A stretch of DNA of 64,000 nt from Dipteris shenzhenensis (taxonomy: Eukaryota). Every line of letters starts with the position of its first letter. The stretch's first letter is position 1. The position numbers and the translations under genes are program-made. Shown here one piece after another: positions 26,601 through 39,586 of this stretch. The notes beneath the pieces are model-generated. The model was not told where the DNA came from. It worked only from the letters and a program-made list of their open reading frames with translations, and did no database searches. The stretch is from assembly GCA_047967505.1 (NCBI GenBank), contig CM106538.1. One strand, 5' to 3'.

Positions 26601-29600
26601 AGCCCCCCCCCCCCCCCCCCAACACACACACACACAGAGGGGATGGCACCTCAAGGCCTCTCCTTGGGAGAAGACAACGTTGATGTTTGATGTTTGCTGT
26701 TGGAAACATGTGCTTCTGAATCAAGAGGATATTTAGTAGCTGTCCCACCATAACCCTCTACAACTCTTGACGGAGTGTCAAGTGTTGCTACGTACTTGAA
26801 GTGTGTGCATGTTCCAATTTACCATGCTCCAGCTCGTCGCGCGGGGGGGGGGGGTGTGTGCGAACAAGGCCCTCCTATGCATCAAAGCTTATGTAACAAC
26901 TGTCGACTTTTAGTTTTCCCAGGGGCTGGAGGGAAGGCGCGGGGGCTTGGAAGGTGAGTAATCTTTGTCTGTGTGATGATGCGTTAAAGGCATGATTGGC
27001 TCAATGCCTATCGTAAACGATCACTACATCAAGAAGGTGGTCTTCACACATGGCCAGCTAGCTCATTGGTTCAATGGCTTGTGCACAGTTAGTATGGGCT
27101 GGACCTTCGGCTCTAAGCGAAGCACCAATGTTGCAAGACCCAAACCTCTTTTGTCGGGAGAGAAAGCTAGCTAGAAAGTATGCGCGTGTCCATGCATGAT
27201 CCACAGCTTCTTCCCCTGCTGCCTCGACCACTCATCATTTTGAACATCTGATCCCTCATCAGCAAATCAAAGAGAATGGGAATCCATTGCTCCTCCCCCG
27301 TGGCCGTGAAGTTGAGGGACGGGCTTCCAATTGTGGCAATGGTACCCTGTTTTTGGCATTGCAAAATCATGACAGGTAGTCTTCTGGAATATCTAGATAG
27401 TTACAGTGCCCTAGCCGCCAAAACTCATGTGGAAGGGGCTGTCCTAGAGGAGGCTTCAGCCCTCTAGTCCTCGAGACTCTTGTGTCCGCTCAAGGAGGGC
27501 ACACCTTGATCTTGGGAGAAAGAGGGCTGAGGTGGCGACAAGGAGGCCGCACTTTGAGGGTAGAGGTGGAGCACGGAGCAGTTGACGAAGTGGAAGAGGG
27601 GGGGTGGAAGGTGAGGATGTCGGTAGCGGGAGGCAGAGGGAGTTGAAGGAGGAAACGGGGGGGATTTGGGGGGGGGGGGGGGGGCAGGTAGTGAGGGTGA
27701 TCCCTGACCTCACTGAGGTGCTGGTGGAGGTGGGAGCAGAGAAGGGAACGGGGGTTGGAAGATGGAGGGGGAGGAGCCCCGCGGGGGGGGGGCAGGGGGG
27801 CTTGGGAAGCGGCACCTGCCCTTAGCCTGCATTTGGAATGGACTTAGGGATTGGGTAGGAGCCCTGCGGCGCAGACAGGATAACCGGGTCTGCTGAAAGA
27901 TCGAAGAAGACCTCCCCCTCTAGTGTTTGAGGTTGATCTAAGGGGGCTCCCTCATCCTGCTGCTCATGAGGCATGGGAAATGTCGAGTCAGCTCCTGAAC
28001 AGGACCCTACCTGTATTGCACGGGCAGGCTCTTATTGGGGAAAGTGCAGTCCGAATGGCTGTGCGAGTCAAGAGAGCTGCCATGTGATCCCCTCTTGTTA
28101 GACCAAAGGGTCACCACCAAAATTGCGTTCCCATGAATAAAGAAAGAAAAAACACTGAGCTGCTAGGGGAAAAGAGTGCAAGGTGGGGAAAGAAGAACAG
28201 GGAGAGGAAAGGGCTGGAAAAAGGGGATAAAGAAGGGGGCGTTTTGAAGAGGAGCAGCAGCCCTCCAACAAAGCCCCACCGGGGGGGGGTGGGGGGGTGT
28301 GGGGCGCTAAAGTGGAAAGAATGTCCTGCTGGAGTCCTCCAATAAGCGTAGCTGACAGATGACCAGAAGGGCCAAGAGAAAAGCCCTCCAAAACATGGAA
28401 CACCAGCTTTGAGGAAGAATCTCCTCAAACACAACTGCTGCCAGAAAAGGGGGGAGAGACCCCTTTGAACCAGGCTGTACTGTGCCAGGCAAGGGGAGGC
28501 TGCACAATGGGGGAAGCAGCCAACAAATGCTGTTGCAAAACAGCGCGACAACCCAAAAGGCGACAAAGGGACGGAGAACTGAACGGGTTGGTGAGGTGAA
28601 AGAGCAATAGGGCCTGGGCACAAGAAGGTGCAGAACGGTGGAAATAGGGGTGGAAGCAGGGGCGACGTAGGCAGAAGGGGGCAGAAGGAGGGACAGAAAG
28701 GGGGGGCGAGGAAACAAATTGGGGGCAGGGGGGAGGCAGGCAGGGGAAGGAGAGAACAGAAAGGCCTTGATAGTAATCTTCAGCTGAATCAAGTACAAAG
28801 GTGGGGTTGATTGGATTTTGTTGATTTTGTTCTAGTGGCAAAGAAAAGACATCTTTTGACCAGAAATAGGGAAGAGAGGTCAGTTTGAATTTTAGGGGCC
28901 AAGGTTGGTTCTGTCTGCATTCAGTAATCTGAGATATTTGCACAAGGTAGTGTTTGAGTTGAGAGTCTGAGCAGATCTTTATGTTTTTAAGTTTTTAACT
29001 TTTTCTGTCATTGGGTGTTTGCCCTTTATGCAGATTCCAGCCTTGCGAAGTTTTTTGTCAAATTTTCTATAGCTTTTAAAACAGCAAATGTCTCTTGCAG
29101 CGAGACTTCTGCATGCTGCTTGTCTATTGTTTGGGATATGTTACGAAGTGTTTTGCTTGCACAATGGAATTGTGCTGCATGTCAATGAAAGCATGTTGCA
29201 CCAATGAGTTTTTCCAGGCCGTTGGATTCTGAACGGCAGGAGTTTGAAAATTTTTGCAGGCAGAACAATTGCAAGACTTGATGGAGCAAGACTATGATGT
29301 AGGGTACGTTGACAGGACATTTTTGATACTAGTTGGGATCTGCAAATGCTCTACTTCAATACAATGTTATGTAATTGTTGCTATCTCATGTTATTGAAAC
29401 AGATGATTACTGTTGGTACGTTTTTGTAGATCCACAATCAAGGATAAGATCATTCCCCATGCAGTATCATGGTTTACAGGAGAGGCATTGCAAGGGAATG
29501 AGTTTGAGGATGGCGAAGGTGAAGAAGGTGAGGATGATGAAGATGAAGATGAGGATGAAGAGGAAGAGGATAAAGATGAAGAGGATGAAGATGAGGAAGA

Positions 29601-29993
29601 TTCAGATGAAGAACCTAGTAAGGTATGCACGTAAAAAGTTGAAGCATTCTTTATATCGTGCCCGCCGGCCTGGCCCTCGGGGTCAAAATGAGTGATATCT
29701 ATTCAAGCAATTCTTGATGTGTAACATGGCATGGGCCTCAGAAATGTTATAGTTGACCTAGAGATATAAAATGGAAAGATCTGACTCTCACTGCTATGGT
29801 GTTGCAGAAACCTGCTCCCAAAGCAAAGGTAAGAATGTAACCCTTCTGGAAATTGACAAACTTGAATGAAGTTGACTAGTCACTCTGTTAACTTTTGTTT
29901 TGTTTGATTGCATTGTGATCTTCTCAGTCGGAAACAAAGAGACTTGCATCAAAGCAAGGAGGGGAGCAGCCGCCTGAGTGCAAACAACAGTAG
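10032..29993 (+). CDS. NAP1: Nucleosome assembly protein 1 (NAP1 family histone chaperone), 5'-partial; exons 10032-10127, 20661-20753, 21948-22041, 22252-22313, 22436-22561, 22655-22713, 22809-22986, 29260-29303, 29430-29622, 29808-29828, 29928-29993
   Basis: All introns GT-AG with consistent phases; spliced peptide DKLQNLAG...[49 protein letters not shown].../KGIPEFWL.../[15 protein letters not shown]...[24 protein letters not shown].../TQIDWYPGK...CESFFNFF.../[26 protein letters not shown], acidic tail, ...PPECKQQ*; start exon(s) not located. Confidence 0.95.
10135..10223 (+). repeat. 44-bp tandem duplication just inside the NAP1 intron donor
   Basis: taacatgctcttc(t/a)ttcctttgtggggtctttt(g/t)agggaatttc twice. 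Confidence 0.9.
10442..12071 (-). mobile_element. ORF1-only non-LTR element (coiled-coil plus L1/CR1-type ORF1 C-terminal domain), frameshifted
   Basis: ORFs 10834-11376 (coiled coil) and 10622-10888 ([13 protein letters not shown]...[15 protein letters not shown]); stop codon about 130 nt from a 3' stem-loop and (TTTC)n tail; no ORF2. Confidence 0.6.
12379..12608. repeat. ~115-bp tandem duplication in LINE ORF2 3' region
   Basis: ggtttggatggatgaaa...cacgagagcacggacaatg twice. Confidence 0.9.
14341..15177. repeat. Four tandem copies of a 210-bp unit within the LINE RT
   Basis: Units start at 14341, 14551, 14761 and 14971; the 70-aa peptide LLKLIPKK...WRPITL...QYGFVPR repeats in ORF 14273-15184. 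Confidence 0.97.
17125..18350 (-). mobile_element. 5'-truncated non-LTR retroelement (RTE-X/CR1-like ORF2 C-terminus plus 3' UTR)
   Basis: [13 protein letters not shown]...[17 protein letters not shown] in ORF 17915-18190; 3' stem-loop at 17124-17156; flanked by (CA)n and (GA)n. Confidence 0.7.
18352..18852. repeat. Three (GA)n microsatellites separated by short retroelement 3' ends
   Basis: (GA)n at about 18352-18438, 18507-18540 and 18826-18852, each followed by the shared stem-loop motif. Confidence 0.85.
18853..20576 (-). mobile_element. Short non-LTR element between (GA)n tracts: GC-rich repeated 5' leader, coiled-coil ORF remnant, ORF2 C-terminal remnant
   Basis: [25 protein letters not shown] in ORF 19605-19967; coiled-coil ORF 19804-20136; 3' motif 18864-18896; (GA)n 20577-20618. 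Confidence 0.6.
23163..23279 (+). repeat. Three imperfect ~39-bp tandem repeats in a NAP1 intron
   Basis: caaatc...aactgtgagttgctgatcgtgaaagaaa unit. Confidence 0.8.
23330..28940 (-). mobile_element. Decayed L1-type LINE in the NAP1 intron 22987-29259
   Basis: RT fragment [17 protein letters not shown]...RSILDNI...[13 protein letters not shown] (25096-25383); Pro-rich ORF1 remnants 27300-28900; boundaries approximate. Confidence 0.8.
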
Positions 29994-30564
29994 GTTTCAT
30001 GTGAATGTTTTGGTAGAAGGCGCTCCGCCTTATCTCTCTTTCATGTAGGCCTACACGATGTGTGATGATGGAAGTCTATGATTTCATTTTATGAATTCCT
30101 ATGCAATAAGAACAGTGATTTTGAGTATTGGAAGTACATCATTGTATCATTGTTTCAGCTCTAGGCACATACTCATCTGAGTGACACACATCCTCCTCCC
30201 CCCTGCCAACTTTCTCTCTAATGGGCAGAGGAAAGAGAGAGTGTTCACACTTTGGACTCTTTGGATTGTTGTGATCTTCAGAAATCCCATGATGAGTTTT
30301 GCTTAGTATCTCAGGTATAGGTGGCCAGTGGAAGTCGGAGATATGCTATTAGAGCATATGTGAAAGTAGTCATTTGATATGGCCATTGCTTTCACAGTGG
30401 TTCCATCTAAGAAAAATGCAAAGTTGCTTTAGACTACAGCTGATTTGAATCTCAGTAGTTAAGTCTGACACATCTGGCGGTTGGAACTACTGTCTAAGAA
30501 AACTTGCTTACAAGTGTTATATAATGCTTCCATTAGTATTAATTTCATAATGCTGTTTGGCATC

Positions 30565-30675
30565 CGCACACTTGCACATGCATGCATGCGTAAATATGCA
30601 CATTTCTGGGTGCACGTGCACACATGCATGCATGCGTGCACGTGGACGTCCACGTGCACACTCGTGCACACACAG
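30565..30675. repeat. Alternating purine-pyrimidine (GCAC/GCAT) tract containing a perfect 24-bp palindrome
   Basis: gtgcacgtggacgtccacgtgcac at 30636-30659. Confidence 0.8.
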
Positions 30676-33600
30676 ACACCCCCCCCCTATTTATATGTCT
30701 ACCAGCTTGCACGTTTGTAGATAGATGGACAGTTTTATTTATTTGAAATGTGTTTGTCTTTGTGCATGTGTTGCTAGCCCTGAGGTGTGGGAGATCACAG
30801 TCCTACCATAATTGTAGCATAACAAGTCGGCATTGGAGTTATTGTTCATAAAAATTGTGCTTGCTGTCTCAATTACTGAATATAATTTTGAGCTCTTTGT
30901 TTGTATGTAATAGGTTGTTAGTGCATTTCTGCCTAAAGGTGTAAGAGATTTATAGTTTAACCAAAGTGCACTGTTAGATCTTCATTGTTGATCATTAAAA
31001 GTGTAGGTTTGTTGCGACAGATGTGATCAATGCAAACATGAGTGCTTGCTTGCTTGACTGCATTGTAAATTGATGTAAGACTCTTGTTTTTAGTGCTTTG
31101 TGGCTATGATGTCTCTCAATCTTCTTAAAATTCAATTTTATATGATTGCCTTTCTTATAGAACTTTAATGAAATTTTGTGGTGACAAGCAATGAACTCTT
31201 GAGTTTGACACAGTTATGTGTAATCTATATCTTTAAAAGAGCACTGCTAGTTGGAAATAGTTGGAGATTTTTGTGGCTAGTTGCTTCCAAAGCGATAATT
31301 GGTGAAGAAGAAATCTCAAAGGGGTCCATTGAGAGGTCGGTTATTTAGAGTCTCTTTGACACTTGCCAATGTGGGTGGTATAGGAGAAGGCACAGAGAGT
31401 GTCGGGTTCCCTCGGTCTAGAACTCCCATCAAGCCTAATGAAGAGGATGGCCTTCCCTCAATTGGAGTGACATGAGGACTAATTTGATGACTAGTAGAAT
31501 TTTATTCTAAACTAATATTGGCTAAAAATAATTGTCATTCATCATTTGGCTTGGAAATAACATTCGAGTCACAATAGAGTTGGTGAATTAGAATTCAGAG
31601 TGTTCGAATAGTTTCTACTAGCATCATCTATGCCGAAAAGATGGGCACACTATTGGAGCGTCCGCAATAGTGGGGCTATGTGCGTACAGCCTCTAGTGGC
31701 AAGTGAATCACTGCTACTAGCAAGCCTGATCTTGGCTTTGCTAGGAGAAGCCAAGTTGAAAATACACACAGGCTCCATGAGCGAGCCATCCTATGGCCCC
31801 ATCCATGTGTCCATTCGGTACACCTAATGCCCCATCATCGTGTTCAAAAGCGTCGGAGTCCACTTCTCCACCCTAGTGGAGAAAAATTGGAGAATCTGAA
31901 CTGGGTGTGTGCGGGATCCTACTACACTAATGCCCCTTTCTAGGGCTGCAAGATCAGAATGGTCAGTTCCAAGGGCATGGGGTGTGTATCTAGGATTCCC
32001 AAATACGTCCATGGTCCCAACCGCCAGAACTCTCTTAGTAGATAGAGGTCACTGTCGACGGTCTGACTCCCTCACCCGGCTAACTTAGAGTGCTTGGTGA
32101 TAGCCCAACCTGGTGCTATGTTTGATGAAGATTCTTGCTCTTGTGGTCTTAAGGTGGGCGTGCTTGGGTGCAGAACAAGTGCCAACACATAAAACACTCG
32201 GAGGTCGAGGTCAGCTACTATGGGAGAATCGTGTGATGACAGGAGAGTCATGCACACAATTCAACCACTTAGACAATGGAGTATACACAATAGAATTAAA
32301 TAGACAATTAATCATTCACTTCTACTAAATCCACTTGATAATAACCAAGCCACCTCGACTTGCAATGGACACTCCCTATCCTAGCAAACTGAGGTCAGAG
32401 GAAGAGAACTCGGCACATGGCTCTCTTGTTCTCCCCTCTGCATGTTACAATCATATCACTACCTAAAGAACCATTTTCCAAAAGAGTGTGCGCGCGATGT
32501 GCCATCTCCATCTGTTGATTAGTTGTGTTGTCGTGATCAACTGCACCTCCGCTACAAAACTAGTGCTTGGCCAACTCCATCGCTTCCAATCGAGGTTGAC
32601 ACTCGATGACCACGCGCCTGTTACTCTAATTGAGGTCTACCATCTCGCCTCAGCTACCCTTGGCCTTGTCCTCTCACTAACTAGTAGAAATAATTGTTGC
32701 TCGAATGTGAAAGCTCTAGGGTTGAAGCCTCGTGGTTGATAATGTCGCCTTTGATGGAGGGGAGGTCAAGGATAGGCTGGTTGTCGGGATGAACCAACCT
32801 CGTTTGCGATAGAAGTGCGGGGTGGGGAATGTGGTGACTCAGCTTCAAAATGTTGCCCCTTGGTGGCCAAGGATAAATGTCACTAATATCTATAGGAGGT
32901 TGGGGTTGGTAGCCAATCCATCGTCCATGCTTTGGCTACTGGGTCTTCAAATGGTTCATCAATGTCTAGTGCCATTGTGAAATTGGTCTTGTATTGCTGG
33001 ACCTGATGACCCACTCTTGCCACTTCATGTCGAAATCCTTGCATAGCTCGGGAATATTGTCACTGGCTTCTGTCACATGGCTATTGATTAGTTTCTCGAG
33101 CTCTTGCAAAAGGCTACCGTAGTAGGTGGGTAGCTCGGGCATAATCGGGCTTCGGCAGAGCTGGCGTACTCTGGCAAGAATCAACTTATCCTAAGTTTTG
33201 AAGATGTTATGTTGTCGTTGAGCATGCTCCTCGACAAAGTGGTTGAACACCCCTATTGCTCAGTTGTACGCCGAGACTACTGGCTACACAGGTTCCAAAA
33301 TGCCTTGATGCATAGAATGGGGGGGAGCAAATCTCTCTTTGGTATGCCAATATACTCGATAGTGAATGGGCATCTCCTAGAACACAGTGCAAAACTTCCG
33401 TGGTTGGAACTGCAACACAGGGAGACCCTCAAATGGCAAAATGGGCTCGGCCTCAACTGTTTGCTCTATCTGTACCCCTACATCGATTGTCTTCAAAAAT
33501 TGACCTGCACTGCTACATCTTCAAGATTGTAGTGGGTCTGGGTAGCTTGCTCAGTGTTCTCCGCTCGACATGCTTATTGTACCATCAAGAGCGCTTGCGC

Positions 33601-35949
33601 ATGAGATCCCTTCTGCTGCCTTTGTTTGTGAGGCACCTCCCCCTTAGATGGAGTGTTGTCCTGAGGTGCCCACTTGCTTACTCAAACTAGAGAGGCTGCA
33701 CATACCATCCTGGCCATCTGTGCCATCATTGTCTGGTGGTTGTCGACGAGGCAGCTTATCTGGGTGCTCGTTAGGTACTTGAAGGAGATGGATTAAGTGC
33801 TGGTGTTGACTGTATCTCTCCAAAGTAGCCTTAGTCATGAATTCTCCTCCTTCAAGACTGACCCTCCATAACAACCTCCCTTCGGCATGCATTCTCCTGC
33901 TCCAAGGCCTTGAGTCGAGCCTGAGGTACTTGCTCCTACCAATCCTTTGAGGTCTTCTTTTGCAGGCATTGTAGGGCATGCTGCAACTTTACATTCTTTA
34001 TGGTAATGGTTATGACATTTTCCTGGGCCTTGCTCGAGATCGCCTTCAACTTGTCCACCTTGTATTGCAAGTTACCAAAGTCCATCCTTAACTCATTGTG
34101 TGCCTGCTACAATTGCGAGTGCAATTGCGAGTAGGATTGAATCAACTCATTGTACACCGCGCAGACGAGGTTCTTTGAGGAGTAGACTATCAACTCTATT
34201 GACAGATCTTCCTTGGCTCAACGCAAGTTGGCAGTCTACTCCTCAAAGAACCTTGCTACCTCTTCCCAGTACTTCATTTGTAAAAATAGGTTGTGCTCCA
34301 GTACCTAGGTAGGGATCCAATGGTTTGCCAAAAAAGTCAAGGCCTATGCTGCGTGCAGTATCTTTTCCCTGAGTACCTACCACTTGCTCTTGGTGGCAGC
34401 CGGAGCTTGATGATCATTCTTTGTGAGGGGGGTCTAGGGGAAAGGGATCCACTTTGACGGGGCTCTGAATAGGCGAAGGAGGTGGAGGCAGAGTAAGTGG
34501 GGCAAGTGACAAGCCACCTTCCTATTGCTCGGCCTTTGCAAAGGAACGACATCACCTGCTCGAAATTCCCTTTGCATGAACCAAGCTACCATCACATGGT
34601 CCACTACAGTGACATCTCGAACCACATACTGCCTTGACACATACCCTTCACTCTTCTTCAATCCAATAAACTCAGATAGGAATCAACAGGTGGTCTTGAA
34701 ACTTTCATTGCCGGCCTTACTAATCAGGCACCCTTGCGAAGATGAGTAACTTACATCTCCAAAGTAGGTGTCACACTACTAAGCGTATGCTAACTTTGAC
34801 GAGGTATTGTGATGCTTCAACCTAAGGGCTCTCTTCAATAAGTTCGAGGTGACTCTGACATGGGTCTCATCGATCATGAGACTGTGGTCTTCCTCATCTT
34901 AGGAGTCAAGGATCTCCTCCACCAGCTCCTCATCATAGACCTCCTTCTAGGGCAACTGCACAAACTTTAGTAGGAAATTGGCCTCTAGGATGCATGTGAG
35001 GACATCACTAGAGAAATCTTCAATTAAATGCAGGGGTGAAACGCGAGAGCTCCTTTTGTGCTCCTGTCGATTGTGGCATTCTGTGCCTCCATGATGACAA
35101 AGATAACGTAGATATAGAAAGAAGAAGGTGGATGGTGAAAGGGTTGGGTAACAGAGGGAGACTAATGCAATAGAGGTAGAGAGCTCATAAAGGATGATGG
35201 AGACCTGAGAGCTATGGCAAGCATGATAAATAAGAGGACTGTTGAAAACGATGAAGATGATGATATCAAATGCTCTACCTTAATCTTCTCTTTTAAATTA
35301 TGGTTTTGTTTTCAAAGGAAATTTAAGATAGTTGAAAAGACCCACTTGTAAAGCAAAAGAAAGTTAACTTGAAAAGACCCACTTGTAAAATAGAAGGCTC
35401 TATAACATGAAAACTACTCATAATAACACATGAGTATTTCACATTACAAATTTATACACAAATAGCACTCGAAGTTTGAATGCCTTCTGTTGTAAATTTT
35501 CAATTGAAAATGCCCATTTTCTAATAACACCGAGTATCACATTACAAATTTATACACAAATTTGAAAAAATCTTAGATGACTATTCAAACAATGATAATT
35601 TTGCATTTTGGTGATTGTAAAAGGAAAATTCAATTTCAATTATTCAAACTTAATTTTCAACCCTTTCTTATTTTGAATAAATTATTATTTTTCCTATTGA
35701 TGTAAACTCACACATTCAAGTGCTTTGCACTTGGCTAACATAAAACATGAGACAAGCCCCTCATGACACTCGAGTTATCATCTTTCAAGATATTCTCCAA
35801 TGATTACTAAAGTGGAATGTAAGATTGGACACATGAACTTTGTCATGATAGCGATACTTTTTCAAGAGAGTCCCACTTTTTAAAGAGAGTCCCACATAAA
35901 ACACATAAAATCATCTTGTCTTACTCTCAAATCCCATCATGAAAACGTC

Positions 35950-38570
35950 TATTCCTTCGTGCAATATTGGGCATGGAGGGTAGGGATTGAGCCAGTGGCC
36001 ATTGTGGTTCGTCGATGCACGGATACATAATACTCTCCCTCCAAACCTCCATTGAAGTCACTGAAATCCAGTTTCCTAGAGCAAGCTTCTATGCATAGGC
36101 GAGCCTTGTTTGCTTCCACTCCTTTCCCATGAGTTTGATAGGGGTGAGTTGGAATGTTCATAGGCTTCACAACCGTGCGGGTAGTCAGCCACCTGCAGTA
36201 TCTGATTCTCCATGAGGAACTACAACGGGCTTTGGTATGTAGACCAGTTGACTTCCTCTTGATTTAGGAGCATATGTTCTCAGCAGGACATCACATGTCA
36301 GTACCATCTCCTCCTTGGGAGGGGCCTAGAGGTCTAGCCCTCGTAGAGTTGGTAGGAGCAGAGGTGTCTGCATATTAAGCGGTGGCCCCATAGATATTTG
36401 CACATAGGTGAGCTCATCCAAAATCGTGCAATGTGGATGGGTCTTTAGGTTGAAGAGGCCCGGATTGGTATTTTGAATGTGTACGCACTCGATTGCAGAC
36501 AACACCATCCATCTTTCTGGTAGCAGCTCACAGATTGCCTCCTAGAGGTTGACTCGTGGATTGTTGGAGGTGACTTCAACAACTTAGTTCATGGAGGATA
36601 AGTAGGGAGGAACCTCTTTCACAAAGATGCCTATGGTGGAGAGGAGTACCTGGGAACATTTTTATCAGTGGTGGTAGGAATCCATGGCACAAGCATAAGT
36701 TTACTGGGCTTTTGGCCAGTCTACAGTTCATCTTTGGACAACGGCATTATGATGGGTTATTGGAGTGCCTAGACAGATTCTACATAGGGACTAGGCTCTA
36801 CTTAGAGGCGGCCCCACCAGCATTCTAGTAGGAACCATGATGTCAGACCACTCTCCGGTGGTCCTTCACTTGGAGTAGCCCCATCCTGGACTCTCCCAAA
36901 AGGGGATTTGCATACCAGACGGTCTCCTATAGGAGGTGGAGGTACAATAGCCAACAATGGAGCTCTGGAGATAGCCCGAGGACAAACCCTATAGGTAGCT
37001 GAGAGGATCCAACGGAGCAGTCGGGAGCTCCAGTGCCAAGCTCTTAGATGGAGAGATATTCTTTAGGAGTGAGAGAGAGCACTTCGTCGAGACCTAGCAT
37101 CTATCGAGAGACTCAGGGAACAAGATTTAGGGTCCCAGTGGCTCAGAGATGGCCTGTAGTGTGCACGTTTGGAGTTATAGGATTTGGAGGTCCATAGAGC
37201 AGAGTTCTCGTATCACTCTTCCATGGCCAGATGGGTCCAGTAAGGCGACAAGATGACTAGACAGTTTTTCTAGACCACATGATCACGGTCTGCAGGGGTC
37301 TAGCTCTAGCGACTTAGGGACTCACAGGGACATATGCACACGAATGCACCGGAGATGCTCGAGATGACCACGATCTTCTACGGTCAGTTCTTTCAGTCGG
37401 AGGAGGCTTCACCCACCAGTCTTTTGGCTAGAGATACAGTATGGGAGCAGGTTCCCTCAGTTGTTATGTAAAGTCTTAGTAGATATTTATTGATGAGGAG
37501 CTTTGGGAGGCCTGGGCTCTTCCAGCCCAGAAGTACCCTAGAGAGGATGGCTCAAGACTTCGAGCTTCTTTCGGTGCGTAGTATATCTCCACCCCACCTA
37601 GGTTAGCCTGCCAGGAGATCTTTGACTCCGGATTTCTTCCACTTTCCTTGAGCAAAGGCTAGATATGCTTGATTCTGAAGGGGGGAGATAGGTCCAATAT
37701 TTGTCAATGGAGGCCGATCACCCTTCTTGACATGGCTTAAAAGATCTTGGCCAAATCCTTGACCCTGCCTTTGAGACCCCACTTTGCATACATCTATCCT
37801 GAGACGCATATTGGTTTTGTCGAGGAGTGTAGCATCTTGGATAATATCTTCACTTTCTAGGAGGCAGTGGACTAATCTAGGGAGGAGTCGCAGCCTGTTG
37901 CCATTCTTCTTCTGGATTTCAAGAAGGCATTTGATGGAGTGGATTGGTCTATTTTGGGGGGTACCATGCAGAGACTTGGCTTCTCAGAGCGCTGGATCAG
38001 AGGGTTTTTAGCTCTTTATGCGAGCAACTGTAGCCATGTGATTATTTGGGGGCACATGAGAGAGGCCTTTCCTCTCTCCCGTTCAGTGAGACAGGGATGT
38101 CCTTTGCCCCTATATCTGTATTTCTTTGTAGCAGATGCCCTAGGTTAATTTTTGTTCTCTCAAGTACTTGGCCTTACGATGATGAGGCTTCCAATCCAGT
38201 AGGAAGAGGAGCTCCTAGACTCGGAGTTTGCAAATGATATAATTCTCTATGTGGATGGCTCATGATTCACGCTAGAGAGGGTTAAAGGAGCCCTATCCAT
38301 TTTCTGTGAGGCTTCTAGAGCTCACATAAATCAGACCAAATCTATTGGTTTCTTCACAAGCCTAGAGGAGATCCAAGAGGTTCGATATTGGGGAGCCAAT
38401 TTTGGCTTTTGATGGATCCTGAGAGGGAAGACGGTGAGGTACCTGGGCTGCTAGGTTGGCATTGATATCTCGGTAGAGGTGCAATTCAACCCAATCCTAG
38501 AGAGTGTTTGGTGTATCCTATTGTACCAAAGCTTCGCCAAACTCTCGATTGCAGGTAGAACATTGGTGAT
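35950..38570 (+). mobile_element. Decayed L1-type LINE (endonuclease and RT)
   Basis: WIVGGDFN near 36557, SDHSPV near 36842, LDFKKAFDGVDW and SVRQGCPL (37912-38110); same family as the 1-1300 and 23330-28940 elements. Confidence 0.85.
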
Positions 38571-39586
38571 TATAGTAAAGATGCGGGTGCCTTGAAAATG
38601 TCAACATCCCCCCCTTTTCCATGGAAAGACCCAGTAAAGAGGCATGAGAAAGGGAAAATATGCTTAGGTGCAAGCTCTTCTAAAAAGTTAACCTAGTCTA
38701 CACATGGCATAGTACTCACCCACCAATGCCTTTAGTATTGGGTATTTGGGTTTTCCACCGAGTTAAATTCTTATTCTAATTTTTTTGGGAAAAATTATAT
38801 GCTCTTTGTATAGGTGCAACACTATCAAAAAGATAGGGGTGCACAAGACTGGTCCCTTCGCAACATTCGATCATTGACTCTACTGCATACATTCTTTGAG
38901 TCGTGGATGTATATTGTGGGCAAGGTTGTGCATAGGGAACGAAGAGGTGATGCAATTGGCAGACGAGTAGCCGGAAGCTATTTGGACTCGAAAGAATATC
39001 AAATTATCTTGTTATCAGCATTGTTTGCATTGATTCTGGGATAGCCTTCAATGATTTGATAATAACATTTTCTCTCTTTGGTTAAACGAAGAACACATCA
39101 TTCCAAGGTCGCTCAATTAGTGCTATAATTGAAATTTGGCACCTTGAAAAAAGCAACAAGCCACCTAGATATCAAGAAGTAAGGCAAATGTGTGGATAGG
39201 TTCCCAAATTGTAAAACAATTTAAAAAACATTGACTAGCTCACGGGTCTAAGGTTTTACGGATATGAGGTTGTAGGGAGTTTTTCATATCGTTTTTTCTT
39301 CATGTGTCGATTCAATTTTATTCATGTGTATAGTGTGTTTGTGCCTGATCTAATTTTGTATAGAGTGATCAAACCTTTTGCCTAATGTAAGCCTATGAAG
39401 GTTAGGGCTGAGCAGATAGAGACAAATTCTAAGGAACCAAACAAATATACGAGAGCTAGGTAGCTCAAGGTCAAGCATCCAAGAATCATGCATCATAGAG
39501 ACATGGAATGTGGCTTTTTCTTAACAGCCACATGAAAATGCAATGAGACTCATGAAATGTGGGCTACTTTAAGAAGAGAGTTGCAA

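Noticed and set aside
27456-28943. Pro/Gly-rich ORFs as host genes
   Set aside because: Low-complexity G/C-skewed 5' part of a decayed LINE inside a NAP1 intron
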